DNA of 64,000 bases from an uncultured Acidobacteriota bacterium (GTDB lineage Bacteria; Acidobacteriota; Blastocatellia; RBC074). Positions 19,584 to 35,609 of the stretch are shown here, piece by piece. The stretch's first letter is position 1. The number at the start of each line of letters is the position of its first letter. The stretch spans positions 1,376,001-1,440,000 of the forward strand of contig CAWCKY010000004.1 in NCBI GenBank assembly GCA_963796275.1. Reading direction: 5' to 3'. Position numbers and translations under genes: made by a program. Below the pieces are notes generated by a model. That model was not told the origin of the DNA, ran no database searches, and worked only from the letters and a program-made list of their open reading frames with translations.

Positions 19584-20153
19584 ATGCCGAAAGATAGGGC
19601 GGATCATGAATCTGGCGCCATCCGTCACCAGTACGAAGATTATGGTGTGAAGGGATATTACACACGATTCGGCTCGGAATACCGCAATCCTCACGAACCC
19701 ATTATCGCGGAAGTTCTACGCGCGGCGTTCGAACGATGGCAGCTCGACCTAACTCGAGTGCTCGACCTCGCCTGCGGAAGCGGCGAAGTCACGCTCGCGC
19801 TGCAGGATCTGGGCTGCACAGATATCGATGGCATCGATCCACACACAGGGGAAGCCTATCTGGCCCGAACCGGGCAGAAGGCGGAAAAATTCAGTTTCGA
19901 GCAGATAGCTGGAGGGGAGCTTGACGGGCGCAATTATAGCCTCGTCGTGTGCAGCTTCGGCCTCCACTTAATAGATGTTTCATGGCTGCCGTCGTTACTC
20001 GCCCGGCTCAGCTCCATCTCAAACCGTTTGCTCGTGGTTACGCCGCACAAACGGCCTGCGATCAAAACCGAATGGGGATGGACGTTCGAGGACGAACTGG
20101 TGATCGAAAGAGTGCGCGCCCGCATATACACAGTTTGGTTTCCCGGTAATTAG
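19584..20153 (+). CDS. Class I SAM-dependent methyltransferase
   Basis: VLDLACGSGE motif I, DGIDP motif II. Confidence 0.85.
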   Translation: MPKDRADHESGAIRHQYEDYGVKGYYTRFGSEYRNPHEPIIAEVLRAAFERWQLDLTRVLDLACGSGEVTLALQDLGCTDIDGIDPHTGEAYLARTGQKAEKFSFEQIAGGELDGRNYSLVVCSFGLHLIDVSWLPSLLARLSSISNRLLVVTPHKRPAIKTEWGWTFEDELVIERVRARIYTVWFPGN

Positions 20154-20215
20154 ACCCCGGACAGCCGAAAACCAAACTGAAAGCTACACTGATAAATATT
20201 TCTTGAGGAGATCCC

Positions 20216-21898
20216 TTGACCTTGCTACTCCTAATGCTGCAAACGAACACAGCGCGTCTGGTGGCGATCGATTATGTGGTACTCGCGCTCTATTTCATTA
20301 TTATCTTCGCCATCGGTTACTACTTCGCCCGCAAAGAACGGACGACCACCGACTATTTCCTGGCGAGCCGCGACGTCGCGTGGTGGGCGATAGGCGCATC
20401 TCTCTTCTCATCCAACATCGGCAGCGAGCATTTCATCGGGTTGGCCGGCACAGGCGCCGCATCGGGAATGGCGGTCGGCCACTTCGAGTGGCTCGCCGCG
20501 ATCATCCTGCTCATCCTCGGCTGGGTCTTCGTGCCGTTCTATCTGCGATCGAACGTTTACACCATGCCGGAATTCCTCGAGCGGCGCTACAGTAGTACCT
20601 GCCGCATCTACCTCGCGAGCATTTCACTCATCGCTTACGTCTTCACCAAAATCGCGGTCGCCATTTTCGCGGGAGCGATAGTGCTCGAGGCAGTCCTGGG
20701 TTGGAATATGGTGCAGAGTTCGCTCGCGCTGGTGATCGCCACCGGCATCTACACAGTCGCCGGGGGACTGGCCGCCGTCATCTATACGGAGGTGATACAG
20801 ACCGTGATTCTGGTGGGCGGCGCGCTGTTGCTGATGTTCATAGGCTTGAATGAGGTCGGAGGATGGGAAGGTTTGCGCGCTCAGGTTCCTCCCGATTTTT
20901 TTCATATGATGAAGCCGCCGAGCGACAGTGAGTTCCCATGGACCGGGATATTTTTCGGTGCGCCGATACTCGGCATCTGGTACTGGTGCACTGATCAGGT
21001 CATTGTGCAACGAGTCTTGTCGGCCAAAGATATCGGTCATGCCAAAGCTGGGACGGTGGTGGCTGGATTCTTGAAAATCCTGCCCGTCTTTATGCTCATC
21101 GTCCCCGGGATGACCGCGCGAGCGCTCTATCCGTCGGAGATGGCGGCGAATTCGAACTCGGCGTTCCCTCTCCTGGTCATCAGATTGATGCCCGTGGGAT
21201 TGCAGGGGATTATGGTTGCAGCAATGCTGGCAGCGCTCATGTCGAGCCTGAGCGCGGTCTTCAATTCGAGCTCGACCATCTTCACGATCGATTTTTATAG
21301 GAAGTTCCGCCCGCACGCCACGGAGCGCCAACTGGTTAATGTGGGCCGGTTGGCGACGATCATCATGGTTGTACTCGGCCTCTCGTGGATTCCGTTCATG
21401 AGCCGCATCAGCTCACAGCTCTACGTTTATCTGCAGAGCGTACAGGCATATATAGCGCCGCCGATTGCGGCGGTCTTTCTGCTCGGAGTCTTCTGGAAGC
21501 GCATCAACAGCCAGGGTGCAATTTCTGCCCTGCTGGCCGGATTCGTGCTCGGAGCGCTGCGATTCATCCTAGAAGTCGCATACGCTGGCTCCCTTCCCTC
21601 AGGTCTCCTGGGTTTTTATGTCGGGATGAATTTCCTGCATTTCGCCGCATTCATGTTCGCCATCTGTCTGCTGATACTTGTGGGCGTGAGTTTACTGACT
21701 CCCGCGCCCAGCGCAGAGAAGGTCAGCGGCCTTACATTTCAAACGGTTCGTGAGAAAGTATCGATGGCGGATATCGAGGCGCCCAGCATACTCGATGCTC
21801 CCGCGGAAGCGGAGACGCCCCTGTGGAGGCGCATCAACACGGCATTTGCCGGCGCATTGATCGTGATTATGATCTCGCTATGGGTATATTTTCGGTAA
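20216..21898 (+). CDS. Sodium:solute symporter (SLC5/SGLT-like)
   Basis: YFLASR, SNIGSEHFIGLAG, WYWCTDQVIVQR; many TM helices. Confidence 0.95.
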   Translation: MTLLLLMLQTNTARLVAIDYVVLALYFIIIFAIGYYFARKERTTTDYFLASRDVAWWAIGASLFSSNIGSEHFIGLAGTGAASGMAVGHFEWLAAIILLILGWVFVPFYLRSNVYTMPEFLERRYSSTCRIYLASISLIAYVFTKIAVAIFAGAIVLEAVLGWNMVQSSLALVIATGIYTVAGGLAAVIYTEVIQTVILVGGALLLMFIGLNEVGGWEGLRAQVPPDFFHMMKPPSDSEFPWTGIFFGAPILGIWYWCTDQVIVQRVLSAKDIGHAKAGTVVAGFLKILPVFMLIVPGMTARALYPSEMAANSNSAFPLLVIRLMPVGLQGIMVAAMLAALMSSLSAVFNSSSTIFTIDFYRKFRPHATERQLVNVGRLATIIMVVLGLSWIPFMSRISSQLYVYLQSVQAYIAPPIAAVFLLGVFWKRINSQGAISALLAGFVLGALRFILEVAYAGSLPSGLLGFYVGMNFLHFAAFMFAICLLILVGVSLLTPAPSAEKVSGLTFQTVREKVSMADIEAPSILDAPAEAETPLWRRINTAFAGALIVIMISLWVYFR

Positions 21899-22018
21899 TC
21901 GGTTGTCGGTTGTCGGTTGCCGGTAGTAGTTCGGAACCTTTTGATAACCAAATGATAAAACTGGATCGGTAGAATTATGGCCGCCAACCGACAACCGGCA
22001 ACCGGCAACCGACAACCA
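21892..22018. repeat. Inverted pair of heptamer arrays (TCGGTTG)n ... (CAACCGR)n
   Basis: 21892-21926 and 21985-22018 read directly. Confidence 0.85.
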
Positions 22019-22025
22019 TTTTCTG

Positions 22026-22553
22026 ATGCTCATCACCAGTTATAAACCCAATGTAACGGCGGCGCGTGCGAACGCGATGTTCCGCGATTCGTTTCGCGAG
22101 TTGAGGTATGGGCGTCTACGGGTCGTCATTGATTTCCACCTGCCTTATTACCTATTTATGGTTAGGGTGATAAACGGTCGAAATTCTATCGACTCCCTCT
22201 ACGGCATAGATGCCATAACCGGCCGACTCGACCTCTATCAATTCGGGAATAAATGGACGGCCGAGAAATGCCGCGAGGTTGATACATCCTATTCCCTTCC
22301 GCCGCAAATAGATCCGCAGTTAGCGTTCGATCGTCTGCAAGAGAAAATGTTGCGGATGATCTTTATGCGGGGGGTTTTTAAGCTGAGAGGATGGAAGGTG
22401 AGCGGAAATATGATCCAAAGATTCCATATTCCCTATTGGATCGGTGTGTACGAGCGTGGGAATAACGCGCATCTGGAAGTAATCGATGCGGTGCGAGGGC
22501 GATTTGAGGGAGCGAAGGTGCGCGAAATGATGGTCGGTTGGTTTACCTCCTGA
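22026..22553 (+). CDS. Hypothetical protein
   Basis: 175 aa ORF co-oriented behind the symporter; no motif recognised. Confidence 0.65.
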   Translation: MLITSYKPNVTAARANAMFRDSFRELRYGRLRVVIDFHLPYYLFMVRVINGRNSIDSLYGIDAITGRLDLYQFGNKWTAEKCREVDTSYSLPPQIDPQLAFDRLQEKMLRMIFMRGVFKLRGWKVSGNMIQRFHIPYWIGVYERGNNAHLEVIDAVRGRFEGAKVREMMVGWFTS

Positions 22554-22572
22554 TTGATGGAGGTAATGAGGT

Positions 22573-22601
22573 TTGTCAACATATTGACCCACGCCTATAA
22601 T
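22573..22601 (+). promoter_or_regulatory. sigma70-type promoter upstream of the TPR gene
   Basis: TTGTCA-N17-TATAAT. Confidence 0.6.
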
Positions 22602-22773
22602 GTGCCCCTCTCGTGTTTCCCACCTGGTTTCAAATTCCGAATCCAGGTATAGCGCCGCCATCCTCCCGGCTCGATTTGAAGTTTCGGCATGCAACGTTTA
22701 GAGTTATCGATGTTCTTCTAAAGCGCGGCTTTTATATGCGAATCGGCCGTCGCTGAATTGAAGGAGGAGATTA

Positions 22774-23859
22774 ATGACGAGATTGTGGCGCACAATTAAT
22801 TGCTTCGTTCTTATCTGCTTGGCCACGACTGCCGCCTCCGCCGGGTTTTTCGATTGGGAGAAGGCAGTCTCGCTTTACAAACAAGGCCAGTTTCGCGAGG
22901 CAATCGCAGAATTCCAGAAAGTCCTGGCTGAACATCCGGACCACCCTGACAGTTGGAAGTTCGTTGGTCTGGCCTATTATCAATTAAAAGATTATCAAGC
23001 GGCGGTCGCCCCCCTGGAAAAAGCCCTGACATTAAAACGCACTGAAGGGCGCAACGATTCGGACCTGGTTCGCGCACTCGGGCAGTCTCATCTCTCGATC
23101 AAACAGTACGATAAGGCGCTCCCTTATCTGGAAACGCTGGCCAGAGTGCAGATGAATTCGGCTGCCAACTATTACATGCTGGGCGTCACCTACGCGAATC
23201 TCAACCGTCCGGAAGATGCTGCCGAAGCTTTCCAGAAAGCCGTCAAGCTCGATCCCAAAGATGCCGATTCATGGTATTTCATCGGCGTTCAGCAATTTCG
23301 CAACGGCAAGCTGGTTGAAGCCATCGCCTCGCTGAAGAGCGGCCTGGCTGTCTCCCCGAAAAACGTCGAGATGCTCGGGCTGTACGCCGAAGCATTGCTG
23401 AGACAGGGGGCAGCCGAAACCGACGAGAAAAAATCGGATGCGCACTTTGACGAAGCGGTCCGTACCTCGGTTACCTTGAAGTCGCTGCGCGATGACGCGG
23501 CCTCGAATGAACTGCTGGGGCGCGCATATCTTGCTTCGAAAAAATATACCAATGCCGAGCTGACGCTTTCGCGGGCGCTCGAAACGACCAAACAACCATC
23601 CGCCGCGCTCTACTTCAACCTCGGGTTCGCCCACGCGCAGAACAAATCGTGGGCTCGCGCCGCCGAAATGCTGGCCCAGGCTGACAAACTAAATCCCGAC
23701 GATCTCAACACACTTTATTATCTCGGATACGTTCAAGAAAACCTGCGCCACTACCCGCAGGCGCTTGACGCATATGCGCGTGCGTACGAAGCCAGCGGAC
23801 GCACCAACGCCGATTTGAAAGCGAGTATTGATCGCGTCACCCCGCTGGTGAAGCAGTGA
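22774..23859 (+). CDS. Exported TPR-repeat protein
   Basis: Signal peptide plus multiple TPRs (YYMLGVTYANLNRPEDAAEAFQKAVKLDP). Confidence 0.9.
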   Translation: MTRLWRTINCFVLICLATTAASAGFFDWEKAVSLYKQGQFREAIAEFQKVLAEHPDHPDSWKFVGLAYYQLKDYQAAVAPLEKALTLKRTEGRNDSDLVRALGQSHLSIKQYDKALPYLETLARVQMNSAANYYMLGVTYANLNRPEDAAEAFQKAVKLDPKDADSWYFIGVQQFRNGKLVEAIASLKSGLAVSPKNVEMLGLYAEALLRQGAAETDEKKSDAHFDEAVRTSVTLKSLRDDAASNELLGRAYLASKKYTNAELTLSRALETTKQPSAALYFNLGFAHAQNKSWARAAEMLAQADKLNPDDLNTLYYLGYVQENLRHYPQALDAYARAYEASGRTNADLKASIDRVTPLVKQ

Positions 23860-23861
23860 AA

Positions 23862-23923
23862 TTCAGTTTTCAGTTTTTAGTTTTTAGTTGGGACATCAAA
23901 TCTGAAACTGAAAACTAAAAACT
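23862..23923. repeat. Inverted heptamer arrays (TTYAGTT)n ... (AACTRAA)n
   Basis: Read directly after the TPR stop codon. Confidence 0.75.
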
Positions 23924-24050
23924 TTTTCAACTTGGTTTCAATCTTCCTCACTTTGATTTAGTATTTACGCCGGGCGTGCACCAGTGCGCCCTTTTAAATA
24001 TTCATACCGATCTGGTATCCAAGTCCTTGAATGGTTAGGAGGAGGTATCC

Positions 24051-25712
24051 GTGAGAAATAAGCGGCAGCGCTATTTGTTCTTTGTTCCTACGATAATCTG
24101 TCTGATCGGCGTCGCATTACTCAGTTCCCAGGCTATTACGGGCGCATTCACAAATGATAAGGCCTCACAGGATAAACTGTTTCGTGATTACGTTCGTGGA
24201 ATTGGGATCATACGGGAAAATTACGTCCAGGAACTCGAATACGAACCGCTGACGACGGCTGCCGTTCAAGGTATGCTCCGGGCGCTCGACCCGCACTCCA
24301 ACTATTATGATCGCAAGGCTTTCGATGACATGCGGATGGAGCAGCGGAGCCAGTACTACGGCATCGGCGCTTCCATCCAGCAACGTTTTCGCGGCGTCTA
24401 TATCATCGAGCCGTTCAAGGACACCCCCGCGGCGCGCGCCGGATTGCGCTTCGGCGATCAGATAGTTGCCATCGATGGACAAAATACGGACGGATGGAAT
24501 TCTGACAAAGTCCGCGACACTCTGCGAGGCGAGTTAGGCTCCGAGGTGAAGGTGGCGGTCAGGCGCGCCGGATTGAATGAACCGTTAACAGTCAAAATCG
24601 AGCGCGCGGCGGTCGATCTGCCTTCCATCTCGTCTTTCTATATCACGCGTCCGGGCGTCGGATATATCGGCTTGTCGCGCGGATTCCACTCGACCACGAG
24701 CGACGAATTGATCGCTGCGATTGCCAATCTGAAGTCCCAGGGAATGAGCTCGCTCGTGCTCGATCTGCGCCAGAATCCCGGCGGATTCCTCGATCAGGCG
24801 ATCAGGGTTGCCGACAAATTCCTGCATCGCGGTCAAACGATCGTCTCCGTGCGCGGCCGCGATGGCCGGCCCGGCGACAAAGATTGGCCCGCCGAATCGG
24901 GTATGCCCGAAAATTTTCCGATGGTGGTTATGATCGATGATGGCTCGGCCTCGGCCTCTGAAATTGTTGCGGGCGCGATTCAGGACCACGACCGCGGTCT
25001 GATCGTCGGCGAACCGAGTTTCGGTAAGGGGTTGGTGCAGACCATTTATCCGCTCACCGGAGGCGTCGGCCTGACGTTGACAACGGCCCGCTATTACACG
25101 CCCAGCGGCCGGTTGATCCAGCGCGATTACTCTAACGGCTCTAGTTATGAGTATCATTTCCGCCGCAATTCGAATGGATCCCAATCCGCAACGCCCGCGC
25201 CGCGCAGTGATCAGCGCCGCACCGACACCGGCCGCCTCGTCTACGGGGGTGGTGGTATCGAGCCGGACATCAAGGTCGTACCGAAGCCGACCACCGATAT
25301 TCAAGCAGCGATCTGGACGACGGGTCTGTTTTCATTCGTGCGTGAATTGATGGCGGGAAATGTCGCCCCCGCCTCGCATTTCAAACGCAATGGGCCGGAA
25401 TTCAGTCATCAGCCGAACTTCGATGAGTTCGTAATCACCGATGAAATAATGAAAGCCTATCGTGAGTTTATGGTCGATTTCATCGCCAAAAACCAGGAAT
25501 TAGGCTTGACCATCTCGATGGTCGATGAAAACCTGCAATGGTCGCGTAACAAAATCAGAGAAGAGGTTCTGCTCGCCGCTTATGGCCAGGACGTGCAGAG
25601 AAGGATTATGACGGATCAGGATGAACAACTTCAGCGCGCTATTCTCGAGATGCCGCAAGCAGCGCAGCTGGCCGACCGCGCCCGCAGACTGAATCGAACT
25701 TCGAAAAAGTGA
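24051..25712 (+). CDS. ctpA: S41 family carboxy-terminal processing protease
   Basis: LDPHSNY, PDZ, LDLRQNPGG, SASASEIVAGAIQD, FGKGLVQ. Confidence 0.93.
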   Translation: MRNKRQRYLFFVPTIICLIGVALLSSQAITGAFTNDKASQDKLFRDYVRGIGIIRENYVQELEYEPLTTAAVQGMLRALDPHSNYYDRKAFDDMRMEQRSQYYGIGASIQQRFRGVYIIEPFKDTPAARAGLRFGDQIVAIDGQNTDGWNSDKVRDTLRGELGSEVKVAVRRAGLNEPLTVKIERAAVDLPSISSFYITRPGVGYIGLSRGFHSTTSDELIAAIANLKSQGMSSLVLDLRQNPGGFLDQAIRVADKFLHRGQTIVSVRGRDGRPGDKDWPAESGMPENFPMVVMIDDGSASASEIVAGAIQDHDRGLIVGEPSFGKGLVQTIYPLTGGVGLTLTTARYYTPSGRLIQRDYSNGSSYEYHFRRNSNGSQSATPAPRSDQRRTDTGRLVYGGGGIEPDIKVVPKPTTDIQAAIWTTGLFSFVRELMAGNVAPASHFKRNGPEFSHQPNFDEFVITDEIMKAYREFMVDFIAKNQELGLTISMVDENLQWSRNKIREEVLLAAYGQDVQRRIMTDQDEQLQRAILEMPQAAQLADRARRLNRTSKK

Positions 25713-25804
25713 TGGAGCAGCGAGTCTGGGGTCCGTAATTTGCAATCCGGAGTCGATCGCCGGCTTACGTACTCCGGACTACAGACCGCGGCCTTCAGAT
25801 TCAG

Positions 25805-27565
25805 ATGCTCAATATCTCGCGCAAAAAGATTGTTCTATCCTTGATCGTGATCCTGCTGATCGCGATCGGCCTATGGTTCTATACCCGCCGCGTACAACGC
25901 GTCTTATTAGCCTCATATGTTCCCCAATCCGCGCTCGGCTATCTTGAGATCAACGACTGGCCCAGATTATTGGACCGTTTTACATCGACGGTGGCGTGGC
26001 AACGGCTGGCGCCCGTTTACGGGATCGACAATAAGTTGAATTTCATCGGCAAGGCTGGCTGGCTGGCGAATTTAACGGGCTTCGGCGAGCCGGCTATTCT
26101 AGCCCGCACGCAGTTTGCCCTCGTCGTCTCGGGTCTTGAAGTGAACGGCGAAGAGGTCAGACCGCGAGTGGCACTGATCGCCGAAACTCACAGCGACGCC
26201 GAGGACCTGCGCAAGGTTCTCGATAAGCGATTGCCTGAGCTTGCCCGCCGGGTCTATGGACGCGAGGTCAGGGAGACCGGCGAATATAGCGGGGTTCCGG
26301 TGATCAGTTTCGCCGGAGAAAACCCGGGACGGCGAATATTCTCCGCTCAGATCGAAGGCGGGTTAATCCTGGCCAATCATTCAGAGCCGCTGCGCGCATG
26401 CATCGATACGAGGCTTGGCCGGACGCCTTCAATGGCCGACAACTTCTACCTGGAGAACGCCCGCCCGCTGATCGGAGCGGATAGCGATATATTCGGATTT
26501 ATCACGGGCGAGGGGGTTACACGGCTGTTGGGATTCGGGGCATTCCTTCTCTCCAACAGCGCTCTCCGCAGTACCGGCATCACAGAGATCCTGGACGAGG
26601 TGTTATCCGACCTGGCCTCCCGCACCTCTGATGGAATAGCTTACAGCACGACCTTTAAAAACGGAGAGACGCTTGACCGGTATAGCCTGCTCTTCAAACC
26701 CGACCTGGTCGAAAGCATCAGGTCCGTCATTAAAGTCAACCCCAGTGAACCGCAGTCGCTCAATTTCATACCATCTGCAGTCAAAGACGTGACGATATTC
26801 AATGTCGAAAATCCCGACAAGACGCTCGATGGCATAGAGGCCGCGGTCTCGGCGCGGATCGGCGTGGGACATAGCTTCCTTCTGCATCAATTCATGCTCG
26901 GCGCCCGCGGGGTATTCCTCGGGATGAAATCTGGCGACAGCCTGCAGACCGCGATCGGGAATGAGATAGCGAGTTTCAGCCCCGCAAAAGACGCACAGGA
27001 GCGCGTCTGGCTGATCGCCATCCGTGATCGCCAACAGGCGGTACGCATAATCGAGCGATACCTGTCTCAATCCGGGCCGCCCGGAGCGACTGGCCGAAGA
27101 GCGGACGAAGTGAATCGCTCAGCGATCGTGTATGAATTTTATGCCAACCGTGAGATCCTCAATTCGAGAGATGCGAAAAAAGGTTCCGCCGCAATACTGG
27201 GAGATTTCATTGCACTCGGTCGTCGGGGGACTCTCATTGAATTGGTCGATGCTCTGATCGAGGGACAAAATCTCAAAGCGGCGCTGCGTTCAGTTCCGGC
27301 GAGCGGACCGGCGCCCGTTCAGGGTATGGTGATAGGGCTCTCTTCGGTAAAACGCGAATCGGGAGAGATGATGTCCGCCTTGGCGCAGAGGTTGGGTGGT
27401 CGGCAGAAGCCGCCATCGGGAACTACCACGCTCGACCGGTTGCCATTTGCCTCGAGCGCCACATCGCTCAACGATCAGGGTTTCTACATTGAATCACATT
27501 CGCCATTCGGTAATTTCCCCTTCTTCGTTTCTCTCGTCGAGAGCACAACAAGTGACATAAAATGA
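25805..27565 (+). CDS. Membrane-anchored periplasmic hypothetical protein (DUF3352-like)
   Basis: N-terminal TM then LASYVPQSALGYLEI; family call tentative. Confidence 0.65.
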   Translation: MLNISRKKIVLSLIVILLIAIGLWFYTRRVQRVLLASYVPQSALGYLEINDWPRLLDRFTSTVAWQRLAPVYGIDNKLNFIGKAGWLANLTGFGEPAILARTQFALVVSGLEVNGEEVRPRVALIAETHSDAEDLRKVLDKRLPELARRVYGREVRETGEYSGVPVISFAGENPGRRIFSAQIEGGLILANHSEPLRACIDTRLGRTPSMADNFYLENARPLIGADSDIFGFITGEGVTRLLGFGAFLLSNSALRSTGITEILDEVLSDLASRTSDGIAYSTTFKNGETLDRYSLLFKPDLVESIRSVIKVNPSEPQSLNFIPSAVKDVTIFNVENPDKTLDGIEAAVSARIGVGHSFLLHQFMLGARGVFLGMKSGDSLQTAIGNEIASFSPAKDAQERVWLIAIRDRQQAVRIIERYLSQSGPPGATGRRADEVNRSAIVYEFYANREILNSRDAKKGSAAILGDFIALGRRGTLIELVDALIEGQNLKAALRSVPASGPAPVQGMVIGLSSVKRESGEMMSALAQRLGGRQKPPSGTTTLDRLPFASSATSLNDQGFYIESHSPFGNFPFFVSLVESTTSDIK

Positions 27566-27681
27566 GAATCCGAAACGGAAAGGAAACCAAATAAGACAAA
27601 CTGAGGCAACGAGGCAAAAAGCTTGATATCATTGCCTTTTTTCCTCTTCGTCATTTTGATCCTCGAAGTCACTAACGCACC

Positions 27682-28383
27682 GTGAACTCTAATCCTTCTG
27701 CAGAAAAAAAAATTCTTCTCCGTGCACTTGACCTGACAAAAATCTACTCCGGCCGCGCGGGAGATCTCATCGTATTCCGCGACCTCAATCTGGAGGTCGC
27801 CCGCGGCGAGACCGTGGCGGTCGTGGGCGCTTCGGGAGCTGGTAAATCAACGCTTTTGCACCTACTTGGGGGACTAGACCGAGTGACGTCCGGCAGTATA
27901 AAAATCGATGAGTTTGACATAACAAAATCCGCTGAGCTAGACTTGGCGCGCTTCCGAAATCGACAAATAGGATTTGTTTTTCAGTTTCATCATCTGTTAC
28001 CCGAGTTTTCTGCCACAGAAAATGTTATGATGCCGATGCTCATAAATGGCGCGGATAAACGCGCGGCGAAAACCCGCGCTGGAGATCTTTTAAAACGTGT
28101 TGGGCTGGAGGGGCGCGCCGAGCACCGCCCAGGCGAACTTTCAGGTGGAGAGCAGCAGCGTGTGGCGCTTGCGCGAGCGCTTGCCTGTTCGCCGCTTCTC
28201 CTGCTCGCGGACGAACCGACCGGCAACCTGGATCATCAGACGGGCGAAGAGGTACATGCGGTCATCAAGCAATTGCAAGCGGAGGAGCGGCTGACCGCGA
28301 TTATAGCGACCCATAACGAGAGGCTCGCTTCGACTTGCAATCGCGTGCTGCGTCTGGAAAATAGTAGGTTGAATGATCTATAA
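27682..28383 (+). CDS. lolD: LolD-like ABC ATPase
   Basis: GASGAGKST, GFVFQFHHLLPEF, LSGGEQQRVALARAL, ADEPTGNLD. Confidence 0.88.
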   Translation: MNSNPSAEKKILLRALDLTKIYSGRAGDLIVFRDLNLEVARGETVAVVGASGAGKSTLLHLLGGLDRVTSGSIKIDEFDITKSAELDLARFRNRQIGFVFQFHHLLPEFSATENVMMPMLINGADKRAAKTRAGDLLKRVGLEGRAEHRPGELSGGEQQRVALARALACSPLLLLADEPTGNLDHQTGEEVHAVIKQLQAEERLTAIIATHNERLASTCNRVLRLENSRLNDL

Positions 28384-28411
28384 ATTTCAAGATTGAGAAA
28401 GTAGAGTCCGG

Positions 28412-30835
<2,424 letters not shown>

Positions 30836-30917
30836 CGCGAGCCCGGGTAACGCCCTATGATGGCCCCCAGCCTCACCTGTGCCTAAACGGATTACCCCCT
30901 TTATTAATCCGACAGCA

Positions 30918-30946
30918 TTGGCGTCTGTCGTTCATTCTCGTATAAT
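30918..30946 (+). promoter_or_regulatory. sigma70-type promoter upstream of bamA
   Basis: TTGGCG-N17-TATAAT. Confidence 0.55.
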
Positions 30947-31102
30947 ACACGATCTTAAAAAATTGCCCTGCAACCTTGGCGATGTGGATCGTTCATGAGC
31001 TGAATGTTTTCGGCATCCCCGTGCCGTGACGCCGGAAATTGCACGACTCCGTGCGCATTTGAGGTTCATCGAAGATCTAGATTGTTTAGGAGGAGAAGTT
31101 TC

Positions 31103-34174
<3,072 letters not shown>

Positions 34175-34195
34175 TTTCTAGTTAATGGAGATTTT

Positions 34196-34819
34196 GTGAG
34201 AATGAAATTCAACCTTTTGTTAACCATGGCTTTCCTGCTGATCGCCGGTCCGAGCGTTCTCGCGCAAGAATCGGCCGGCAGCGGGCAGGCGGCTAAACCG
34301 GGAGGAGTGTCGGGTGGCCCGGTTCCCAAGATGAAAATCGCGATCGTCGATTGGCAGATATTCAAAATCAGGGTGGGAGAGCTCAAAGTTAAATATGACA
34401 AATTGGAAGTAGAGTTCCAGGGGCGACGCCAGCAACTACAAGCTATGCAGAACAAGCTCGAAGCCCAGAACAAAACTTTACAAGAAGGCAAGAACCTTAC
34501 GCCACAGCAGGCACAAAAGCTAACCGAGGACATCGAGCAGCAAAAGAAACTTTATAACCGAACGCTCGAAGATTCTGAAGGAGAGGCGCGCAAGCGTGAG
34601 CAGGAGGAGACCGAGGCGATCTATGATAAGTTGAGTAAATTCCTGGATCAGTATTGCGTCAAGAACGGCATCACCACGGTTTTCGATATGCGCCGTTTGC
34701 AAGAGACCCGCCTCGTCGTCCATGCAGCAGATGCCGCGAATATCACGGAAGACTTCATCAAGGAATACAATAAGTCCAACCCGTCTTCTGCTCCAGCACC
34801 GTCGACACCAAAACCATAA
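34196..34819 (+). CDS. skp: OmpH/Skp family chaperone
   Basis: KIAIVD, coiled coil, ANITEDFIKEYN; directly after bamA. Confidence 0.85.
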   Translation: MRMKFNLLLTMAFLLIAGPSVLAQESAGSGQAAKPGGVSGGPVPKMKIAIVDWQIFKIRVGELKVKYDKLEVEFQGRRQQLQAMQNKLEAQNKTLQEGKNLTPQQAQKLTEDIEQQKKLYNRTLEDSEGEARKREQEETEAIYDKLSKFLDQYCVKNGITTVFDMRRLQETRLVVHAADAANITEDFIKEYNKSNPSSAPAPSTPKP

Positions 34820-34871
34820 TAATAGATCGGGAGATGCACTCATAACATCGATCATTAAGGAGCACAATGAA

Positions 34872-35510
34872 ATGAGTAAACTGATTCTAGCATTCGCGAT
34901 ATGCAGTTCATTTGCGATTGCTGCCTTCGCCCAGACGCCTACACCTCCGCGAACGACGGCGGCCAGTTCAGCCCCTGCCGGGTCGGCTCCCTCCGGCGGG
35001 ACAGGAGCGGAAGGCAAGATCGCATATCTCAACGTGGCTCAATTCGAACAGGGCATCGGTGAGTTAAAATTGAAAATAGAGGCCCTTTACGCCGAGTTCA
35101 AGCCGAAAAACGATGAGATCAAGAGTGAGGAAGATGCGCTGAACAGCCTCAGATCCAAGATTTCAAATCAGGGCGGCACTGTTAGCCCACAGGTGCGCGC
35201 TCAATGGCAGGACGAACTCACTCAGAAAGAGAAGAGTCTCAAACGCAAAGCCGAAGATTACAGCGCGCTGGGCCAGAGAAAACTGACTGAGATAGCCCAA
35301 CCTGTCTATGACAAGATCACTGAGTTCCTGAAACAATATTGCCAGCAGCGCGGAATAGTCCTCGTCCTGGATGGCGGTCGCGCAGCGGGCTCAGGAGTTC
35401 TGGTCTGGGGGTCGCAAACGGCCGATATCACAAAAGATTTTATTGACGAATATAACAAAGCAAATCCCTCAGGGTCTGCGCCGGCATCTTCCACGACCAA
35501 GAAACCCTAA
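34872..35510 (+). CDS. skp: OmpH/Skp family chaperone (second paralogue)
   Basis: KIAYLN, ADITKDFIDEYN; RBS AAGGAG. Confidence 0.85.
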   Translation: MSKLILAFAICSSFAIAAFAQTPTPPRTTAASSAPAGSAPSGGTGAEGKIAYLNVAQFEQGIGELKLKIEALYAEFKPKNDEIKSEEDALNSLRSKISNQGGTVSPQVRAQWQDELTQKEKSLKRKAEDYSALGQRKLTEIAQPVYDKITEFLKQYCQQRGIVLVLDGGRAAGSGVLVWGSQTADITKDFIDEYNKANPSGSAPASSTTKKP

Positions 35511-35512
35511 AT

Positions 35513-35604
35513 AATTGATGATGGATAGTTGATAATTGATAATTCGTAAACGCGGTGGCAGCAATTTATATGAATTATCCATTATCAATTATCCATTATC
35601 AATT
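35513..35604. repeat. Inverted heptamer arrays (AATTGAT)n ... (ATCMATT)n
   Basis: 35513-35544 and 35573-35604, filling the skp-lpxD gap. Confidence 0.85.
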
Positions 35605-35609
35605 TTCTT

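Noticed and set aside
34722-34871. Extended start of the second Skp
   Set aside because: Overlaps the first Skp; signal peptide and RBS indicate 34872.
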